This document shows positions 8,317 through 18,227 of a stretch of 64,000 nt of DNA, piece by piece (position 1 is the stretch's first letter; each line of letters opens with the position of its first letter). The position numbers and the translations under genes are program-made. The DNA is from Burkholderiales bacterium. GTDB taxonomy: Bacteria; Pseudomonadota; Gammaproteobacteria; Burkholderiales; Ga0077523. Location: positions 5,030,510-5,094,509 of the forward strand of contig OZ257154.1 of assembly GCA_965279325.1 (NCBI GenBank). The letters run 5' to 3'. The notes beneath the pieces were generated by a model. It worked only from the letters and a program-made list of their open reading frames with translations. It was not told the origin of the DNA and did no database searches.

Positions 8317-9420
8317 TCAGCCGCGCAGGCTCCGCACTTCCGCCGTCCGCGGCAACCGCGCAGGTAGCGCGTCCTTCAGCTTTGCCCGGGCGTCGCGCAG
8401 CGTTTTCTCGGTGGTCGGCCAGTCGATGCAGCCGTCGGTGACCGAGACGCCGTATTTCAGCTGCTTCAGATCGGCCGGGATCGACTGGTTGCCCGCGTGG
8501 ATGTTGCTCTCGACCATGACGCCGACGATGGCCTGGTTGCCCTCGACGATCTGTCGCGCCACGTCCTGCATCACCAGCGGCTGCAGGCCCGGATCCTTGT
8601 TCGAGTTGGCGTGGCTGCAGTCGATCATGATGTTCGCGGCGAGCTTGTTCTTCACGAGCTCCTTCTCCACCAGCGCGACGGTCACGGAATCGTAGTTCGG
8701 CCCCTTGGCGCCGCCGCGCAGCACGATGTGGCCGTAGCGGTTGCCGCCGGTACGGATGATCGCGACTTCGCCCTGCGGGTTGATGCCCAGGAAACTGTGC
8801 GGGCGCGACACCGACAGCAGCGCGTTGATCGCCACCTGCAGGCCGCCGTCGGTGCCGTTCTTGAAGCCCACGGGCGTGGAGAGGCCGCTCGCCATTTCGC
8901 GGTGGGTCTGGGATTCGGTGGTGCGCGCGCCGATGGCGCTCCAGGTCACCAGGTCGCCGAGGTACTGCGGGCTGATCGGGTCGAGCGCCTCGGTGCCGGC
9001 GGGCAACCCTAGTTCGTTGATGTCGAGCAGCACCTTGCGGGCAAGCTGCAGGCCCTCCTCGATGGCGAAGGAATCGTCCATGCGGGGATCGTTGATGAGG
9101 CCCTTCCAGCCCGTGGTGGTGCGCGGCTTTTCGAAATAGACGCGCATCACGACGAAGATCGTGTCGCTGACTTCATCGGCCACGGCTTTCAGCCGCCGCG
9201 CGTAGTCCAGGGCGGCGACCGGATCGTGGATCGAGCAGGGGCCCACCACGACCAGCAGCCGGGGGTCTTTCCGGTCGAGGATCCGCTCGACCGTGTGGCG
9301 GCCTTCGAGCACCGTGCGCTCGGCGCGTTCCGTGAGCGGAATCCGGCGCTTGATCTCGTCGGGCGTGGCGAGCACGTCCTGGGAGACGACGTTGACGTTG
9401 TATACGAGTTTCTCGTCCAT
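8317..9420 (-). CDS. aroG: 3-deoxy-7-phosphoheptulonate (DAHP) synthase, class I
   Basis: Full-length similarity to AroF/G/H type enzymes: RLLVVVGPCSIHDP, KPRTTTGWKGLINDP, IDCSHANS. ATG at 9420 is preferred over the TTG at 9432. The isozyme cannot be assigned. Confidence 0.9.
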   Translation of the reverse strand: MDEKLVYNVNVVSQDVLATPDEIKRRIPLTERAERTVLEGRHTVERILDRKDPRLLVVVGPCSIHDPVAALDYARRLKAVADEVSDTIFVVMRVYFEKPRTTTGWKGLINDPRMDDSFAIEEGLQLARKVLLDINELGLPAGTEALDPISPQYLGDLVTWSAIGARTTESQTHREMASGLSTPVGFKNGTDGGLQVAINALLSVSRPHSFLGINPQGEVAIIRTGGNRYGHIVLRGGAKGPNYDSVTVALVEKELVKNKLAANIMIDCSHANSNKDPGLQPLVMQDVARQIVEGNQAIVGVMVESNIHAGNQSIPADLKQLKYGVSVTDGCIDWPTTEKTLRDARAKLKDALPARLPRTAEVRSLRG

Positions 9421-9590
9421 GACCTGTTCCAACCTCTGGAAGACATCGGCCGCGCTGCCGCACGGCCTGGGGTCGAAGAGTCTACCGGACGGTGCGCCGG
9501 CGATAAAGTCCTGTTTCCGGAGCCTTTCCGGTCCTCAATCCCGGGCGCACAGTGCCGTTAACAGGGCAGACCGCCTTCCTGGAACTTCGC

Positions 9591-10886
9591 ATGCGCCGCC
9601 TCGCCGTCCTCCTGGTTTCCCTCTGCTCCTGCGGCGCCGGTGCCTCGGAGTGGGTGGACATCTCCGCGCCGCCCTGGGTCCGGATCGAGCTCGACCGCGA
9701 CAGCGTCACGCGCGACGGCAACTCGGCCCGAGCCTGGGATCGCGCCACCTATTCGTCCGACCAGACCTTCGACAGCGGCGACGTGTCCTGGCGCAGCGTC
9801 AAGACGCAGACCAGCTATCACTGCCAGCGCCGCACGACGATTCCGATCGCCCGCATCTTCTATGGCGAGGACGGGACGGAGTTGATGCGCCATAGCCTCG
9901 AGGGTGTCGAACTGCCGCAGCCGGTGGTCCCCGACTCGCCGGTCTCTCGGATGCTCGAACTCGCATGCAAACAGGCGTTCCCCGAGCCTGCGGTCGGGGC
10001 CGCCCAAACGCCGGCCCTGGTGCCCGGGCAAGCCATCGTCGCGCTTCCTGAACCTGCGCAGGCGAAGCCGTCCACCAAGCCGAAGCGCAAGCGCAAGCCG
10101 GTGGCGGTCGCCGTTGCCGAAAAGCCCCCCGAGCCCGCCGCCGACAAGAAGAAAATCGCAAAAGAGCCGACCGCGGAGCCGAAGCACGAGGAAGCCGCGC
10201 CGAAACATGTCCACTGGAGCTACACGGGTGCGAAGGACGGTGTCGCGCAGTGGCACAAGCTCTCGCCGGAGTTCAAGCAGTGCGCGGCGGGACGGCGTCA
10301 GTCGCCCATCGACATCCGTGACGGCGTGAAGCTGCAGCTCGACGGCGTGAAATTCGACTACAAGATATCGCCGCTCAAGATCATCGACAACGGGCATACG
10401 GTGCAGGTCAACTACGCGCCCGGCAGCGCGCTGGTAGTCGGCGGCAAGAGCTACGAGTTGCTCCAGTTCCATTTCCACAAGCCGGCCGAGGAGCGCATCG
10501 GCGGCCGGAGCTACGAGCTGGTGGCGCACCTCGTCCACAAGTCCAAGGACGATCGCCTCGCCGTCGTGGCGGTGCTCTTCATCGTGGGCACGGACAACGC
10601 CCTCATCCAGACGCTCTGGAACAACCTGCCGATCGAGGAGCTGCGCGAGCAGGAACTGCCCGCCGTGAAGATCGACGCGAACCAGATGCTGCCGAAGATC
10701 CGCGGCTACTACACCTACATCGGCTCGCTCACGACACCGCCCTGCACGGAGGGGGTCCAGTGGATCGTGCTGAAGACGCCGGTCCAGGTGTCACGACAGC
10801 AGATCGCCGTGTTCGGTAGGGTCCATGACAAGAATGCGCGGCCGGTCCAGGCCGCCAACGGGCGCCTGATCAAGGAAACGCTCTAG
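9591..10886 (+). CDS. Alpha-class carbonic anhydrase fused to an N-terminal extra domain and a Lys/Pro-rich linker
   Basis: C-terminal half carries HWSY, QSPIDI, NGHTVQ, QFHFHKPAEE..ELVAHLVH and SLTTPPCTEGV. ATG at 9591 gives the signal peptide MRRLAVLLVSLCSCGAGA. See finding. Confidence 0.85.
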   Translation: MRRLAVLLVSLCSCGAGASEWVDISAPPWVRIELDRDSVTRDGNSARAWDRATYSSDQTFDSGDVSWRSVKTQTSYHCQRRTTIPIARIFYGEDGTELMRHSLEGVELPQPVVPDSPVSRMLELACKQAFPEPAVGAAQTPALVPGQAIVALPEPAQAKPSTKPKRKRKPVAVAVAEKPPEPAADKKKIAKEPTAEPKHEEAAPKHVHWSYTGAKDGVAQWHKLSPEFKQCAAGRRQSPIDIRDGVKLQLDGVKFDYKISPLKIIDNGHTVQVNYAPGSALVVGGKSYELLQFHFHKPAEERIGGRSYELVAHLVHKSKDDRLAVVAVLFIVGTDNALIQTLWNNLPIEELREQELPAVKIDANQMLPKIRGYYTYIGSLTTPPCTEGVQWIVLKTPVQVSRQQIAVFGRVHDKNARPVQAANGRLIKETL

Positions 10887-10897
10887 CTGGAAAGCGC

Positions 10898-11455
10898 TTG
10901 GGCCGCGCCAGTGGCACATGGGTTGCTTCGTGGCCTCCAGACATGCACCCCCTGCTCACGCGCCGCCAGGTCCGTCCGACCGATGTGGATTCCGATCCGC
11001 GTCTGACGCATGAGGATTGGGTCTGGGCTCTGGAGGCGCTGTGCCGCAGCCACCGCGTGGTCTTTGACCTCGGCAAGCTGCCGCAGGACGGATCGTCGTT
11101 GCTGACCTGGTCATCGCTCCAGGCCGCGGCCGCAATGCTGGGACTTGGTTGTGCCACCCGCAACATGCGGCTCTCTCGCATGCCGGAGGACTGGATGCCG
11201 TGCCTGGTGCTGCTCCGGGACGCCGCCGCGCCAGGGGGACAAGCCTGCCGCCCGGCGATGCTGATCCGGATCAAGGCCGGACAAGTTCAGTACTTCGTGC
11301 CCGGCGAGGCCGAGGCGCGCCGCGATTTCATGACGAATCTGGCGAAGCTGCATCCGGGCAACGTTCTGCTCGCCCAGGCCGAGCGATCGGACGTCGTCGA
11401 GAGCAAGCCGGCCACCGCCGCGTTCAGCACTCGCTGGCTGCCCGAACTCGAGTAG
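10898..11455 (+). pseudogene. Orphan C39-like domain (CLD), probably a truncated N-terminal remnant of a type I secretion ABC transporter
   Basis: By-eye match to HlyB/LapB-type N-termini: WVWALEALCRSHRVVFD...LQAAAAMLGLGCATRNMRLSRMPEDWMPCLVLL...VLLAQAE...AAFSTRWLPELE. The ORF stops where the first TM helix should begin. No TMD or ATPase follows. Start is TTG 10898 or ATG 10943. Confidence 0.4.
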
Positions 11456-11580
11456 CGGTGTGAGCCACCCGGCGAGGGGCCCCGCGGCAGCGGGGATCGA
11501 CGGTCAGGCGAACCAACGCTGGACGCCGACACGGTAACGATGGAGCGGAGGCGGTGGTTCGGAGGGCTAGCGCGGATTCG

Positions 11581-13032
11581 TCAGTCGTAGCCGGGCGGCG
11601 CGACGAAGCCTTCGAACTCCCGCTCCAGCGATGCTGCGAGCGCGATGCAGGTCAGATCGCCGTATTGCGGCCCGATGATCTGCACGCCGACCGGGAGGCC
11701 GTCGGACGCACGTCCCGCGGTGGCCACGGTCGATGGCAGGTAAGCCATGCCCGAGTAGCCGGCCCAGAACATCTGCGTGGTGGACGGCTGCGGCTTGCCG
11801 TTCACCGTGACCATGCGCTCCCAGCGTTCGCCCTTCTGGTTGTGCGGAAAGGCCGTCGTTGCGGCGGCGGGGCAGAGCAGCACGTCCCAGTCGCGGAAGA
11901 AGGCTGACCACGCGAGGCGCATCCGGTGCCGCGTCTCGTTCAGCGCGAGCCATTCGCGGTGATACATCGTGTTGGCGCGGGCCATCCAGGCTTCGTAGTC
12001 GCGCTGCTTCGAGGGCAGTGCGCGTGCCTTGTCCAGATTGCGCGAGAAAACCGCGTCGGTCTGAACGCGCGAGGTCGCCGCGCGCAGCAGCTTGACGTAG
12101 ACCTCGTGCGCTTCGTCGAGCGCGATATCGGGACGCGCAGTGCGGCTCACCTTCGCACCTTTGCTCGAGAGAAAGTCCGCGACCGCTTCGACCCGCGCCT
12201 GCACGGCGCGATCGACTTCCGCCGTCGGAGCGGTGGGTAGAACCGCGATCCGCCACTGCCGCCAGGTCTTCTTCGGCGCAGGCGGCAGTTTCACTCTCCA
12301 TGCGGCACCGTCGATCTCGTTCGGGCCCGCCACGATGCCGAGCGCTATTTCCAGATCGCGCGCGCTGCGTGCCAGCGGACCGATCACCGCGATGTCGTCA
12401 TGCGAGACGAAGGGCGACAGCACTTGTCCCTCGGAGGCGCACAGCCCGAAGGTCGGCTTGTGTCCGAACACGCCGCAGAAATGTGCGGGGTTGCGGATCG
12501 ACGCCCCGATGTCGCTGCCGATCTCGAGGCTGGTGAGACCCGCCGCGAGCGCCGCGGCCGAGCCGCCCGACGATCCGCCGGGAGTCCGCGCGACGTCCCA
12601 CGGATTGTTGGTGGTGCCGTAGATCGGGTTGAACGTCTGCCAGTCGGCGAGCAGGGTCGGGACGTTGCTCTTGCCGAAGATCACGGCGCCGGCGCCGGTG
12701 AGGCGCTCCACGGCGAGCGCGTTCGACGCGACGACGTTGCCCTTGAGTTCCGGCCGGCCCCACGTGGTGGCGATGCCCGCGATATCGAAGGACTCTTTCA
12801 CGGTCATCGGCAGGCCGTGCAGCGGTCCGCGTCGCTCGCCCTTGGCGAGGGACCGATCCGCGGCCTTCGCCCGCTTTCGAGCGCGCTCGGCATCGAGCAC
12901 GCAGATCGCGTTGAGGATCGGGTTGTAGCGTCCGATCCGGTCGAGGTAATGATCGAGCAGCTCGAGGGAACCGAGCTTGCGCGTGCGGATCAGTGCGGCG
13001 AGGCGGTGCGCGGGCAGGAATGCGGGATCCAT
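11581..13032 (-). CDS. Amidase (amidase-signature family)
   Basis: GGSSGGSAAALAAG signature. ATG at 13032 lies 9 nt after the stop of the upstream NIPSNAP gene. The longer track start (13197) overlaps that gene. Confidence 0.85.
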   Translation of the reverse strand: MDPAFLPAHRLAALIRTRKLGSLELLDHYLDRIGRYNPILNAICVLDAERARKRAKAADRSLAKGERRGPLHGLPMTVKESFDIAGIATTWGRPELKGNVVASNALAVERLTGAGAVIFGKSNVPTLLADWQTFNPIYGTTNNPWDVARTPGGSSGGSAAALAAGLTSLEIGSDIGASIRNPAHFCGVFGHKPTFGLCASEGQVLSPFVSHDDIAVIGPLARSARDLEIALGIVAGPNEIDGAAWRVKLPPAPKKTWRQWRIAVLPTAPTAEVDRAVQARVEAVADFLSSKGAKVSRTARPDIALDEAHEVYVKLLRAATSRVQTDAVFSRNLDKARALPSKQRDYEAWMARANTMYHREWLALNETRHRMRLAWSAFFRDWDVLLCPAAATTAFPHNQKGERWERMVTVNGKPQPSTTQMFWAGYSGMAYLPSTVATAGRASDGLPVGVQIIGPQYGDLTCIALAASLEREFEGFVAPPGYD

Positions 13033-13040
13033 CGACGGGT

Positions 13041-13364
13041 CTAGTTGATGCGCGAGTATTGCGTCGGACTCAGGAACAGGTTGGTGATCTTCGCGACGAT
13101 CGGACCGTTCTTCTCGGTCTCGGCGCGCTTCTCCTGCCATTCGGGATCGGCCATGAAGCCGTTCCACACCCGCTCGCGCTCCGCCATGTCCTTCCATTCG
13201 AGCAGGTAGTAGAGATCCAGGTTTGAATCGCCCACCAGTACGGTCCAGAAACCCGCCTGGCGGATACCGTGCCGCTCCCAGATCTTCAGCGTGATCGTCT
13301 CGAAGCGCTTGTTCAGATCCGGCAGGCGACCGGGCATGCAGTGGTAGATGCGAAGTTCGTACAT
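13041..13364 (-). CDS. NIPSNAP family protein
   Basis: MYELRIYHCMPGRL..L..RF......IWERHGI...GFW typical of NIPSNAP. GAGGAG SD upstream. Confidence 0.8.
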   Translation of the reverse strand: MYELRIYHCMPGRLPDLNKRFETITLKIWERHGIRQAGFWTVLVGDSNLDLYYLLEWKDMAERERVWNGFMADPEWQEKRAETEKNGPIVAKITNLFLSPTQYSRIN

Positions 13365-13380
13365 CACGGTTTGAATCTCC

Positions 13381-14379
13381 TCAAAGAGTTTTTACGCTGA
13401 CGAGTCGATTGGGTTCGCGCGCGGCAGCGAGCGGGTTGCGTAGCGGACGGCCGAAGCCCTCCGCGGCAATCTCGAACACATCGCCGAGCCGCGTTTCGAA
13501 TTTCTGGGTGAAGCTGCCGGTGGCGGCACCGAAGTAATGCACGTGCACGTCGCCCGGGATACGGAACTCCGGGTACTTGAAGTGATGGTGTTCGAGGTTC
13601 GCGATGGCGTGGCACATGTTGTCCTCCCCCGAGAGCCAGTCCGATTCCCATACCGCCTGGCCGTCGCGCAGCAAACGGGCGTGCCCACGGACGCTGCTGG
13701 GCATATCGCCCAGCAGCAGCTCCGGACCGAAGCTGCTCTGGCGCAGCTTGGAATGCGCGAGGTAGAGATAATTCTGGCGCTCGGTCACGTGGTCGGAGTA
13801 TTCGTTGCCGAGCGCGAAGCCGACGCGCAGGGGCGTGCCGTCGTCACCGATCACGTACAGCCCGACGGTCTCGACTTCCTCACCGCCATCCAGCGCATAG
13901 GCGGGCAACTCGAGCGGCTGTTCCGGCGGCACCACCCAGCGGCCGTCGCCCTTGTAGAACCACTCCGGGGCGGTGCCGATCAGGCCGGGGCGCGGCTTGC
14001 CGCCTTCCATGCCCCACTTGAACATCTTCATGGAATCGGTCAGCGATTCCTCCGCCTGCTGCAGCTTCGCGTGCATGGAGTCGCGCGCCGCGGCACTGCC
14101 GAGATGGGACAGGCCCGTGCCGGTCACGAGACAGCGATACGGATCGGAATGATCGAGCGGCGGGAGCAGCCGGCGATCGCGGATGACATCCTCGTAGTTC
14201 TCGCGTTCCTTGCCGATGCGGCTCGAGGCCAGTGCCTCGAGCGACTGCGAGGTTCGCCCCGCTTCGAGCGCGAGATCGCGGACGCGTGTCACGCCTTCCA
14301 GGATGCGCAGGGTCGGGCTCTCGTCGGCAATGGCCACCCTGCGGCCGCGGTCGCGACCGACGAACTGGATCAGTCTCAT
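13381..14379 (-). CDS. AraD1/GguC-type FAH-fold protein
   Basis: ATG at 14379 with GGAGGAG SD. MRLIQF N-terminus and overall GguC-like pattern. Family call is by eye. Confidence 0.65.
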   Translation of the reverse strand: MRLIQFVGRDRGRRVAIADESPTLRILEGVTRVRDLALEAGRTSQSLEALASSRIGKERENYEDVIRDRRLLPPLDHSDPYRCLVTGTGLSHLGSAAARDSMHAKLQQAEESLTDSMKMFKWGMEGGKPRPGLIGTAPEWFYKGDGRWVVPPEQPLELPAYALDGGEEVETVGLYVIGDDGTPLRVGFALGNEYSDHVTERQNYLYLAHSKLRQSSFGPELLLGDMPSSVRGHARLLRDGQAVWESDWLSGEDNMCHAIANLEHHHFKYPEFRIPGDVHVHYFGAATGSFTQKFETRLGDVFEIAAEGFGRPLRNPLAAAREPNRLVSVKTL

Positions 14380-14625
14380 GGTGCTCCTCCCCTCGGGTCG
14401 CGACACCGATGGCGCGACGCCCATTTCTTGTGGTCGCGAGCATGATGCGCGCGCCCGGACTGGTCAAGTCGGGCCGGGGCACCGGGCTGGTCCCGAAGAC
14501 GACGCGAAGTTAGCTATCGCTCGAGCTCATGGGGCGGGGCGCACACGCGGGAATGCGACGGCTGTTTATACTCGATCCCGAGGCGCACGCAACCCGGCGT
14601 GTGCGAGGGACGAGGAGCACCGGAC

Positions 14626-15405
14626 ATGCGCGCGCAGGCGAACGGCATCGGCATCCAATACGAAATCGAAGGGCAAGGCCCCTGGCTCGTCATGAGCCAT
14701 TCGCTCGCGTGCGACCTGCACATGTGGGATGCACAGGCCGCGGCGCTGCGCGATCGCTTCAAGGTGCTGCGCTTCGACACACGCGGCCACGGCGGCAGCG
14801 ACGCGCCGTCGGGCGCGTACACGCTGGAGCAACTGGCCGACGACCTCGAGGCGCTGCTCGGCGGGCTCGGCGTGACGCGGTGTTACTACATGGGCCTGTC
14901 CATGGGCGGGATGATCGGCATGACGCATGCGCTCAAATACCCCGGGCGTTTCGAACGCATGATCCTCTGCAATACGTCGAGCCGCATTCCACCCGAAGCC
15001 GCACCCATCTGGAAAGGGCGCATCGATACCGTCACGGCCGCGGGGATGGAGCCGGTGGTGGAGCCAACGCTCGTGCGCTGGTTCACGGCGCCGTTCCTGG
15101 TGCAGCAGGCAGGGGTGGCCGCCCGGGTCGGGGCGATGATCCGGGCGACGCCCACGGCGGGCTACATCGGCTGCTGCCATGCGATTCCGAAGATCGATCT
15201 CACCGACCGTCTCGGCGTGGTGAAGTGTCCGACGCTGGTGATCGGTGGCGACCAGGATGTCGGTACGCCCGTGGAGATGGCACGCGCGATCCAGCTCGCG
15301 ATCCCCGGGGCGCAACTCGCCGTGATTCCCTCCGCATCGCACTTGTCCAACCTCGAACAGCCGGAGACGTTCAATCACCTCGTGGCGCGATTCCTCCAGC
15401 CCTGA
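14626..15405 (+). CDS. Alpha/beta hydrolase, 3-oxoadipate enol-lactonase-like
   Basis: ATG at 14626 with GAGGAG SD. Nucleophile elbow GLSMGG, C-terminal His in SASHLSN. Similar length and pattern to PcaD. Confidence 0.75.
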   Translation: MRAQANGIGIQYEIEGQGPWLVMSHSLACDLHMWDAQAAALRDRFKVLRFDTRGHGGSDAPSGAYTLEQLADDLEALLGGLGVTRCYYMGLSMGGMIGMTHALKYPGRFERMILCNTSSRIPPEAAPIWKGRIDTVTAAGMEPVVEPTLVRWFTAPFLVQQAGVAARVGAMIRATPTAGYIGCCHAIPKIDLTDRLGVVKCPTLVIGGDQDVGTPVEMARAIQLAIPGAQLAVIPSASHLSNLEQPETFNHLVARFLQP

Positions 15406-16811
15406 TGTCGGGCTGCCGGCAGCTCGATGATCTCGATCTCGTGCCGGCGGCGCAGGAGCCACTTCGACAGGGTCTGGTAGATGTCGAGGTCGAACGCCGT
15501 GTCGAAGCGCGTCTGCGCGGCGTCGAACAGCTCCGCCTGTGAATCCATCGTGCCGAGATGGCACCAGCGATCGAGCAGGTGAACCTCGCTGCGGCCCGAT
15601 ACGGGATTGGTCTCGCGCACGCCGATGCGACCGTCGAACGGCCAGGGTTCGAGGCGCAGCCGGTGGAGGGCGTTGGCGAGTCGCAGATTGTGTGACAGCA
15701 CCGATTCCTTGCCGCAGCACGCGCCGCGACACTTCTTCGCCAGATGCGAGAAGCACGGGCCGGTGCCGCTGCCTTCCAGTCCCAGCAAGCGCGGGCACAA
15801 CCCGTTGGCATCGGCGATCTCGCGCAGCGCCCGGTTCGCGCGCGAGCGCGAGGTGAACAGGCCGTAGAGATGGGCTGCCATGCGGAAGTCGATGTCCGAA
15901 GCATCCGTGAGTTTCGGCGGGACGGTACCCATCGGATCCCAATGGAACGTGCACAGATCGTCGTTGTGGCGCTGTGTGCGGTTGTGGATCGGCCTCAGCT
16001 GTTTCACGAGCCGGACTTCCCGAAGCAGCGCGCCGAGCTCACCCGCGGTCTCCTGCCACGTGACGCGGGTAGCGTCCTGGGCGATGCGCACGTCCTTCGC
16101 CACGCGACGGTCGCCGGAGAAATGCGACAGCACACGCGATCGGAGGTCGGTGCCCTTGCCGACGTACAGCGCCGTGTCGTCGGCACCGTGAAAGACGTAG
16201 ACGCCCGGGCCGTCCGGCAGTGAATCGATCAGGCCTGGGTCCAGGCCGGGCGGCAGGGCATTGGTCTTGAGCACCTGAGCCACCGCGGCGAGCACGGCGT
16301 CTTCACCGAGTGCGAGGCGTATCTGGCGGGTGAAGTCCCACAGGACGCGCGCGTCGGCGAGCGCGCGATGGCGCTGGCCGCACTCGAGGCCGTGGCGCGC
16401 GATCAGGCTGTCGAGATTGTGGCGGCGCTCCTGCGGGTACAGCCGGCGCGAAAGTTTCACCGTGCACAGCACGCTGGCTTGATAGCGTAGGCCGACCCGC
16501 GCGAACTCGGAGCGCAGGAAGCCGTAGTCGAACCGGGCGTTGTGGGCGACGAGCAGCTTGCCCTCGAGGCGGCGGTACAGCTCGGTGCTGAGATGCTCGA
16601 AGCTCGGCGCATCCGCGACCATGGCGTCGGTGATGCCCGTGAGCAATTCGATGGCGACCGGAATCGGCTGCCCGGGGTTCACCAGTGTCGACCATTCCTC
16701 GACGACTTCGCCCGCGTTCACTTCGACAAAACCGATCTCCGTGATTCTGTCGAAGCTGGCAGTCGCGCCGGTCGTCTCGACGTCGAGGAAAACCACCGGC
16801 CGATCAAACAT
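15375..16811 (-). CDS. DnaQ-like 3'-5' exonuclease fused to GIY-YIG (Cho/UvrC-N-like) nuclease domain
   Basis: Exo motifs [33 protein letters not shown] motif: [21 protein letters not shown]. Confidence 0.8.
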   Translation of the reverse strand: MFDRPVVFLDVETTGATASFDRITEIGFVEVNAGEVVEEWSTLVNPGQPIPVAIELLTGITDAMVADAPSFEHLSTELYRRLEGKLLVAHNARFDYGFLRSEFARVGLRYQASVLCTVKLSRRLYPQERRHNLDSLIARHGLECGQRHRALADARVLWDFTRQIRLALGEDAVLAAVAQVLKTNALPPGLDPGLIDSLPDGPGVYVFHGADDTALYVGKGTDLRSRVLSHFSGDRRVAKDVRIAQDATRVTWQETAGELGALLREVRLVKQLRPIHNRTQRHNDDLCTFHWDPMGTVPPKLTDASDIDFRMAAHLYGLFTSRSRANRALREIADANGLCPRLLGLEGSGTGPCFSHLAKKCRGACCGKESVLSHNLRLANALHRLRLEPWPFDGRIGVRETNPVSGRSEVHLLDRWCHLGTMDSQAELFDAAQTRFDTAFDLDIYQTLSKWLLRRRHEIEIIELPAARHQGWRNRATR

Positions 16812-16975
16812 GTGCAGCGATTGTCGTGGCGACGCGACGCATTGACGAAAGGGACGCGATCTTTCGCGCAGCTTGGAACTCGCCAGAAAGTTGTTTTGTC
16901 CTAGACACCGTCTCAGGCTTCTGCCTCGAGATCACCACCATACGAACCTTCCTGCACACCATTGGAGAAATCACC

Positions 16976-17452
16976 ATGAACCTGTTTCGTACCCTGATCG
17001 CCGCCGTGGCACTGCTCGCCAGCAGCGTCGCCCTGGCTGCCCCGAACGCCAAGGCGGACATCGTCGATACCGCCATTGCCGCCGGATCCTTCAAGACGCT
17101 CGCAGCGGCGCTGCAAGCTGCAGGGCTCGTCGACACGCTCAAGGGCAAGGGGCCATTTACCGTGTTTGCCCCGACGGATGAAGCCTTTGCGAAACTGCCC
17201 CCCGGCACCGTCGAAGCGCTCCTGAAGGACAAGGCCAAGCTTACCAAGATCCTGACCTATCACGTGGTCGCCGGCGAAGTGATGGCGAAGGACGTCAAGT
17301 CCGGCATGGTGAAGACGGTCGAAGGCTCGTCCATCACGGTCAAGAAGGACGCGAGCGGCGTGATGGTCGACAACGCCAAGGTGGTGGCGGTGGACGTCGC
17401 CGCGACCAACGGCGTGATCCACGTCATCGACACGGTCATCATCCCGCAATAA
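16976..17452 (+). CDS. Secreted fasciclin (FAS1) domain protein
   Basis: ATG at 16976 with GGAGAA SD. Signal peptide present. FAS1 motifs [27 protein letters not shown]. Confidence 0.85.
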   Translation: MNLFRTLIAAVALLASSVALAAPNAKADIVDTAIAAGSFKTLAAALQAAGLVDTLKGKGPFTVFAPTDEAFAKLPPGTVEALLKDKAKLTKILTYHVVAGEVMAKDVKSGMVKTVEGSSITVKKDASGVMVDNAKVVAVDVAATNGVIHVIDTVIIPQ

Positions 17453-17540
17453 CTGTTTGTCCAGGACGCAAGGCGAACGGGTCGTTCGCCCGCAGAGCTT
17501 GGAGCGGGGTCCCCGACTACCCCTCCCGCTCCATGTTCCA

Positions 17541-17568
17541 GGCCTCGGCTGCTGCCGGGGCCTTTTTT
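17541..17568 (+). terminator. Rho-independent terminator after the fasciclin gene
   Basis: GGCCTCGG / CCGGGGCC 8-bp stem (one G-U), 6-nt loop, followed by TTTTTT. Confidence 0.6.
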
Positions 17569-17644
17569 CGTGTGGTTCATCGTCCGCCGCCGCGGCCCCC
17601 GATCCCTATAATCCCGGTCCACAAGAACCACGAGGGGGAGCGAA

Positions 17645-18217
17645 GTGCGATCGTCGATCATCGGATTTTTTCTCTGCGGTTGCGCCGCGCTGGCGTGGGC
17701 TCCGATGACCCGGGCCCATGGCAACCATCAGCACGGCGAGGTCGACTACCTGAACTGCGAGCGTCCGCCACAGAATGCCGTCCGCGAGTTGCCCGCGCCG
17801 TTGAATGCCTGGGCGCTCATCGAGTGCACGCAGAAGGGGACGAAGCTGGTGGCGGCGCCCGGCTGGACCTGGCGCTATCCCAACAGCTGGTTCGACCGGC
17901 CCATCGCGCCCGCGTGGGCACCCGACGATTCCATCGCCGAACCCGGTGCGAAGTACTTCATCGACTTCTCCGTCTCGGTGCTCGAAGGAGCGGCCGCCGC
18001 GGAACAGCATGCCCGGCTGGCGAAGGCGATTCCCGCCTATGGCAGTGCCCTGGCGCAGCCGCCCATGACCCTCTATCGGGTGCTCGCGGAGAACAATCTC
18101 GGGCATGAGATGGTGCTCTGGTTTCCCGCGAAGACCCAGAACGACCTGTGGGCGATCCTGTGCACGCCGGAATGCCGGCCGGAATACGCCTTCATCATCG
18201 AGAAACCGCAGCCCTGA
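17645..18217 (+). CDS. Hypothetical secreted protein
   Basis: GTG start with GGGGGAG SD. Signal peptide MRSSIIGFFLCGCAALAWA. No family recognised. Confidence 0.5.
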   Translation: MRSSIIGFFLCGCAALAWAPMTRAHGNHQHGEVDYLNCERPPQNAVRELPAPLNAWALIECTQKGTKLVAAPGWTWRYPNSWFDRPIAPAWAPDDSIAEPGAKYFIDFSVSVLEGAAAAEQHARLAKAIPAYGSALAQPPMTLYRVLAENNLGHEMVLWFPAKTQNDLWAILCTPECRPEYAFIIEKPQP

Positions 18218-18227
18218 GCCCCCGACC

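Noticed and set aside
14529-15954. ORFs 14529..15542 (+) and 14566..15954 (-), over 330 aa each.
   Set aside because: They are alternative frames or strands of the PcaD-like hydrolase and the exonuclease/GIY-YIG gene. Only the chosen frames show catalytic motifs (GLSMGG; DEDD and GIY-YIG).
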